From Bacilli bacterium (GTDB taxonomy: Bacteria; Bacillota_I; Bacilli_A; ML615J-28; CAG-313): a DNA stretch of 64,000 nucleotides. Shown here in pieces: positions 59,702 to 64,000 of this stretch. The notes below the pieces were generated by a model. That model did not search any database and had not been told where the DNA came from. It was given only the letters and a program-made list of their open reading frames with translations. The stretch spans positions 96,767 to 160,766 of the forward strand of contig JAZSNL010000020.1 in the NCBI GenBank assembly GCA_045536365.1, in the 5' to 3' direction. Both the position numbers and the translations under genes were made by a program. How positions within the stretch are numbered: the stretch's first letter is position 1; the number at the start of each line of letters is the position of its first letter.

Positions 59702-61687
59702 ATGACATTATCATTTCTTTTAATAATTATCGGTACTGGATTATCTTTAATCGCGAGTGTAATTGGATTAGTTTTATCAATTTCTGGATTAGAAGGTTGG
59801 ATTATTCCTACAATCTTATTTATCATTGCTTTTATTTTAATGACTATAATTTTAATTAAAGCAATTGTTAAATTAGTAACTGACCCTGCTAAAAAAGAAA
59901 GATTCTTAGCAGAAGCAAGTGTAGATAGATATGCTCCTTTTGAATCAGAAGATGTTGTTGATGAAGTTATTGAAAATAAATTTGAAAAAGAAGAAGAAGG
60001 TTCATTTGAATTAGTTCAAGCAAATTCTAAAATCTTTGATAAGAAATTTGATACAAAAGCTGTTGGTTATTGGGCTGATGCGGTTAAACGTTTCTGCCGT
60101 AACAAAGCTAGTTTAGTTTGTTTCTTCTTACTTGCTGTTTTAATTTTATTATCTATTTTTGGTGCTTCATTGAGTAAGTATTCTCCTACTCAACCTGCTC
60201 ATGATAGATTCGTTAAATTATCTCCTAAATGGCCATTACTTGAAAAACTTGGTATTTTAGATGGTAAAACAGCTATTAATAGTGAAGCTATCAACTTAAA
60301 TGCAATCGTATTCGTTAATGAAGAAGAAAAGGCTGCATTTAAAGCAAAATATCCTGAAGTATTCAAGGATGTAAAAGAAGAATTTTATAAAGAACAAGAT
60401 TATGAATTAGAATTAGTTACTAAATCAGTTCAATATGATTCACGTTTTGTTTCTAAAGTTGGAAAACCTACTTATGTTGAACGTCGAGTATTTAAATATG
60501 ATGAAAACAATAAAGTAATCTATGTGACTTGTCCTACATGTAATAATGTAGATGGTGAAAAAGAACATTGTGATGAATGTAAAGGCTTAGGCGAAATTGA
60601 ATCATTTGAATTACAATGTTATTATACTGTTAAATTCACATATGATAAGTATGCATTCTTAATGCAACCTTATAATGTAACTGAACTTTCTACTGCAAAA
60701 GTTACAGAGTATTTAAATAAATTACTTGAAAATGAAGGTAAAGAACCTATCACTGAAGGTTATGTTAAGACTTTATCTGAAGAAATTTTCAGAAAAGGCC
60801 CTCAAACATCTGCAGGTACTTCATTTAAAACAGGTGTTTATTACGAAGAATATACTTCAATCAATGATGTTATTGCTTCAAGATTAGGTATATCTGCTTC
60901 TGATATGACTTTAAAAATTACAGCAGGTGCTAAGACTAATATGGGCTTTAACTTTAGAATGACTATTGATCCTGTAGCTGCTGGTGAAATTGATGAACAT
61001 ACTTATTTCATTTTTGGTACAGATGCAATTGGTCGTGATATGTGGGCTCGTATTTGGTCAGGTTTAGGCTTATCAATGATTATTGGTTTAGTTGTTGGTA
61101 TTTTCTCAATTGTATTCGGTATTTGTTGGGGTGCTATTTCAGGTTATTATGGTGGCTTAGCAGATATTATTATGGAAAGATTTACTGATATTTTAGTAAA
61201 TGTTCCTTCAATGATTATTTTAACATTATTAAATTTATATATAGGTAATAATAAAGGAAGCGTCTTAGTATTTATATTAGCGTTAATTATGACAAGTTGG
61301 GTAGGTATTGCAAGTAGAACTCGTATCCAATTCTATCGTTATAAGAATAGAGAATATGTTCTTGCTTCAAGAACAATGGGTGCTAAAGATAGAAGACTTA
61401 TCTTCAAACATATCTTACCTAATGGTATTGGTCCACTTGTAAACTCTGCAGTTTCAATTATCCCTGCTTCAATGAGATTTGAAACTTCAATGTCTTACTT
61501 AGGTATTGCTTCAATGTCTGAAAACTCAATTGGTCAAATCATTTCATCAGCTAATGACTATGTAAATTCACCACAAGCATATTTATTAGTTATTCCATCA
61601 ATTATTTTCTCAATTATCATGGTATCATTCAGTGTCATGGGATTAGGTCTTCGTGATGCTTTAAATCCAGCATTAAGAGGTTCATAG
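59702..61687 (+). CDS. oppC: Oligopeptide ABC permease with large insertions
   Basis: YWADAVKRFCRNK, FGTDAIGRD, REYVLASRTMGA, KHILPN and GLRDALNP. Confidence 0.9.
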   Translation: MTLSFLLIIIGTGLSLIASVIGLVLSISGLEGWIIPTILFIIAFILMTIILIKAIVKLVTDPAKKERFLAEASVDRYAPFESEDVVDEVIENKFEKEEEGSFELVQANSKIFDKKFDTKAVGYWADAVKRFCRNKASLVCFFLLAVLILLSIFGASLSKYSPTQPAHDRFVKLSPKWPLLEKLGILDGKTAINSEAINLNAIVFVNEEEKAAFKAKYPEVFKDVKEEFYKEQDYELELVTKSVQYDSRFVSKVGKPTYVERRVFKYDENNKVIYVTCPTCNNVDGEKEHCDECKGLGEIESFELQCYYTVKFTYDKYAFLMQPYNVTELSTAKVTEYLNKLLENEGKEPITEGYVKTLSEEIFRKGPQTSAGTSFKTGVYYEEYTSINDVIASRLGISASDMTLKITAGAKTNMGFNFRMTIDPVAAGEIDEHTYFIFGTDAIGRDMWARIWSGLGLSMIIGLVVGIFSIVFGICWGAISGYYGGLADIIMERFTDILVNVPSMIILTLLNLYIGNNKGSVLVFILALIMTSWVGIASRTRIQFYRYKNREYVLASRTMGAKDRRLIFKHILPNGIGPLVNSAVSIIPASMRFETSMSYLGIASMSENSIGQIISSANDYVNSPQAYLLVIPSIIFSIIMVSFSVMGLGLRDALNPALRGS

Positions 61688-61688
61688 T

Positions 61689-62786
61689 ATGGCAAATAGA
61701 GAATTATTATCAAAAGAATTAAAAAATAGAGAAACTAAAGTTCCTCTACTTCCTAAAGGTACAATTTTAAGAGTTAAGAACTTAACTATTTCATTTAAAA
61801 CTCCAAGTGGAATGGTAAGAGCAGTTCGTGATGTAAGTTTTGATTTACATCGTGGTGAAACTCTATGTATCGTTGGTGAATCAGGAAGTGGTAAATCAGT
61901 AACAAGCCGTGCAATTATGGGTATTCTTGCAACAAACGGTGTTATTGAAGATGGACATATTTATTTTAAAGGTCAAGAATTATTAGAAAAAAATGAAAGA
62001 GGATATTATAAAATCCGTGGTATTGATATTGGTATGATCTTCCAAGATCCATTATCAAGTTTAAATCCTATTAAGAGAATTGGTAAACAATTAACTGAAA
62101 CATTAGTTTTAAATCATGGTTTTAATGAAGTTGAAGCTAAAGAAGAAGCATTAAGATTAATGAGAGAAGTTGGTATTCCAGAACCTGAAAAACGTTTCTC
62201 ACAATATCCTTTCCAATTTTCTGGTGGTATGAGACAAAGAATTGTTATCGCAATCGCTCTTTCTACTAATCCTGAGGTTCTTATTTGTGATGAACCTACA
62301 ACAGCGTTAGACGTTACAATTCAAGCTCAAATCTTAGATTTAATTAATAAATTAAAAAGGGAAAGAAACTTATCAATTATCTTTATTACACATGACTTAG
62401 GTGTTGTTGCAAACATGGCAGATAGAATTGCTGTTATGTACGCTGGTAAAATTGTTGAATATGGTACTTCAGAAGAAGTATTCTATGATGCACGTCATCC
62501 ATATACATGGGCATTACTTGAATCAATGCCATCACTTGCAGAAAGTAAACAAAAATTATCTGCAATTCCAGGTACTCCACCTAACATGATTTATCCACCA
62601 AAAGGTGATGCATTCGCAGATCGTAATAGATTCGCGTTAAAAATTGACTATGAAAAACAACCTCCAATGTTTAAAATAACAGATACTCATTATGCTGCAA
62701 CATGGTTATTACATCCAGATGCACCAAAAATTGAAAATCCTGTTAAAGGTCGTTTTATGAGTCAAAGAGAAGGAGGAGCTGAATAA
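61689..62786 (+). CDS. oppD: Oligopeptide ABC ATP-binding protein
   Basis: GESGSGKS, IFQDP, FSGGMRQR, DEPTTALD and HPYT. Confidence 0.95.
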   Translation: MANRELLSKELKNRETKVPLLPKGTILRVKNLTISFKTPSGMVRAVRDVSFDLHRGETLCIVGESGSGKSVTSRAIMGILATNGVIEDGHIYFKGQELLEKNERGYYKIRGIDIGMIFQDPLSSLNPIKRIGKQLTETLVLNHGFNEVEAKEEALRLMREVGIPEPEKRFSQYPFQFSGGMRQRIVIAIALSTNPEVLICDEPTTALDVTIQAQILDLINKLKRERNLSIIFITHDLGVVANMADRIAVMYAGKIVEYGTSEEVFYDARHPYTWALLESMPSLAESKQKLSAIPGTPPNMIYPPKGDAFADRNRFALKIDYEKQPPMFKITDTHYAATWLLHPDAPKIENPVKGRFMSQREGGAE

Positions 62787-64000
62787 TGGAAGAAAAAGTA
62801 TTAGTTCAAGAACAAGCTACTCCAGAAGCTGCAGAAAAAATATTAGAGTTGAAAAATGTTAGACAATATTTTAAAGTAGGTGCAGGTAAAAATAAGATTA
62901 TAGTTAAAGCTGTTCATAATGTAAGCTTTTCTGTTAACAAAGGTGAAGTATTTGGTTTAGTAGGTGAATCTGGTTGTGGTAAAACAACAACAGGTCGTTC
63001 AATTATTAAACTTTATAATATCACTGATGGTGAAATCTATTTTAAAGGCGTAAGAATTTCTGCTGGTTTTAGAGCTCATAATGAATTATTAAAACTTTAT
63101 AAAAAAGGACCTAGATTATTAGAAAAACATATTAAAGCTTTCTTTAATTCTTCATCAATTGAAAGATTAGATGCTGATAAATTTGGCGTTGAAGAAGTTG
63201 AAAGAGTAATTTCTGATAAAAACCTTTTAGATAAAATTTTACAAATTCGCAGTGAAATCGCTCAAATTGAAGAAACAATAGTTTTACTTAAAGCTCAATA
63301 CAATAACTTCTTACAAGCTTTAGAAGATAAATATGAAAAACATAAAGACTTCACAACAGATGAAAAACATCTATTAGGTGAAGAAGCTAATAAAATTTAT
63401 CCTTATGTTGAAAAAGTAAGACAATTAAAATATCAAGAATTTGCTTTATTAGGTTCATATGCAAAACAATGGATAGCAGATGCTAAAATAGATAATGTTC
63501 GTAATCCAGAAATTATGAATAATATCCAAATGATCTTCCAAGATCCTATTGATTCATTAGACCCACGTATGACTGTTAGAGAAATCATTGCTGAAGGTAT
63601 GATTATTAATGGCGAAAAAGACCAAGAATTAATTACTAAAAAAGTTAATGATGCTTTAGAATTAGTTGGTCTATTACCTGACCATGCTGGTCGTTATCCA
63701 CATGAATTCTCAGGTGGTCAAAGACAAAGAATTGGTATTGCTAGAGCATTAGTAATTAATCCAGAAGTTATTATTGCTGACGAACCTATTAGTGCCCTTG
63801 ACGTTTCAATTCAAGCTCAAGTAATTAACTTATTAAATGACTTACGTCAAAAGTTCCAATTGACAATAGTATTTATTGCCCACAACTTATCAGTTGTTAA
63901 ATACTTCTGTGATCGTATTGGTGTTATGTATTTTGGACGTTTAGTAGAAATTGCTACAGCAGAAGAATTATTCGCTCATCCTCTACATCCATATACTAAA
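62786..64000 (+). CDS. oppF: Oligopeptide ABC ATP-binding protein with helical insertion (3' truncated)
   Basis: Not in the ORF track. ATG overlaps the oppD stop (TAATG); GESGCGKTT, QMIFQDP, FSGGQRQRIGIARAL, DEPISALD and HPYT at the window end. Confidence 0.93.
   Translation, partial: MEEKVLVQEQATPEAAEKILELKNVRQYFKVGAGKNKIIVKAVHNVSFSVNKGEVFGLVGESGCGKTTTGRSIIKLYNITDGEIYFKGVRISAGFRAHNELLKLYKKGPRLLEKHIKAFFNSSSIERLDADKFGVEEVERVISDKNLLDKILQIRSEIAQIEETIVLLKAQYNNFLQALEDKYEKHKDFTTDEKHLLGEEANKIYPYVEKVRQLKYQEFALLGSYAKQWIADAKIDNVRNPEIMNNIQMIFQDPIDSLDPRMTVREIIAEGMIINGEKDQELITKKVNDALELVGLLPDHAGRYPHEFSGGQRQRIGIARALVINPEVIIADEPISALDVSIQAQVINLLNDLRQKFQLTIVFIAHNLSVVKYFCDRIGVMYFGRLVEIATAEELFAHPLHPYTK

Noticed and set aside
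2721-62589. Short ORF-track entries nested in or antisense to long genes (e.g. 2721-2906, 15984-16205, 33092-33310, 37311-37784, 43130-43444, 59647-59859, 62401-62589)
   Set aside because: They overlap well-supported genes, lack RBSs and recognisable motifs, and are the expected shadow ORFs.
1-64000. CRISPR arrays, IS/transposases, integrases, prophage, rRNA/tRNA, defence systems
   Set aside because: No spaced direct repeats, mobility motifs or structural RNA signatures seen; long ORFs account for nearly all the sequence.

Overview
This window is very AT-rich chromosomal DNA from a low-GC Bacillota. It uses the standard code (TGG=Trp, TGA used as a stop at 3699-3701). The OppF insertion and the lipoprotein-rich surface resemble Mollicutes or related Bacilli (Acholeplasmatales/Anaeroplasma-like), but that placement is an inference. 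The dominant theme is amino-sugar and bacterial cell-wall catabolism: GHL10, GH20, an oversized four-permease sugar ABC cluster (SBP/NHL-TPR/Yip1/DUF5696), a surface phosphodiester glycosidase, nagZ, nagB, a tandem GNAT, namZ-mupG-anmK-murQ, glycerophosphodiester/G3P genes, and a DUF368-HexNAc kinase-uppP-truncated glmU operon. The window ends with trpS (Trp T-box) and an expanded opp operon. Top leads: (1) three otherwise dissimilar proteins end in the same C-terminal signal, [KS]GCK[KS]K-hydrophobic helix-RK[KR], a candidate Cys-containing protein-sorting system; (2) an apparent cell-wall scavenging pathway, possibly including teichoic-acid detachment; (3) a structured ~280-nt non-coding transcript, apparently driven by the adjacent OmpR-family regulator; (4) a GlcNAc salvage shunt coupled to undecaprenyl-phosphate recycling. 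I found no rRNA, tRNA, CRISPR array or transposase. All family assignments come from motif recognition, not database searches.
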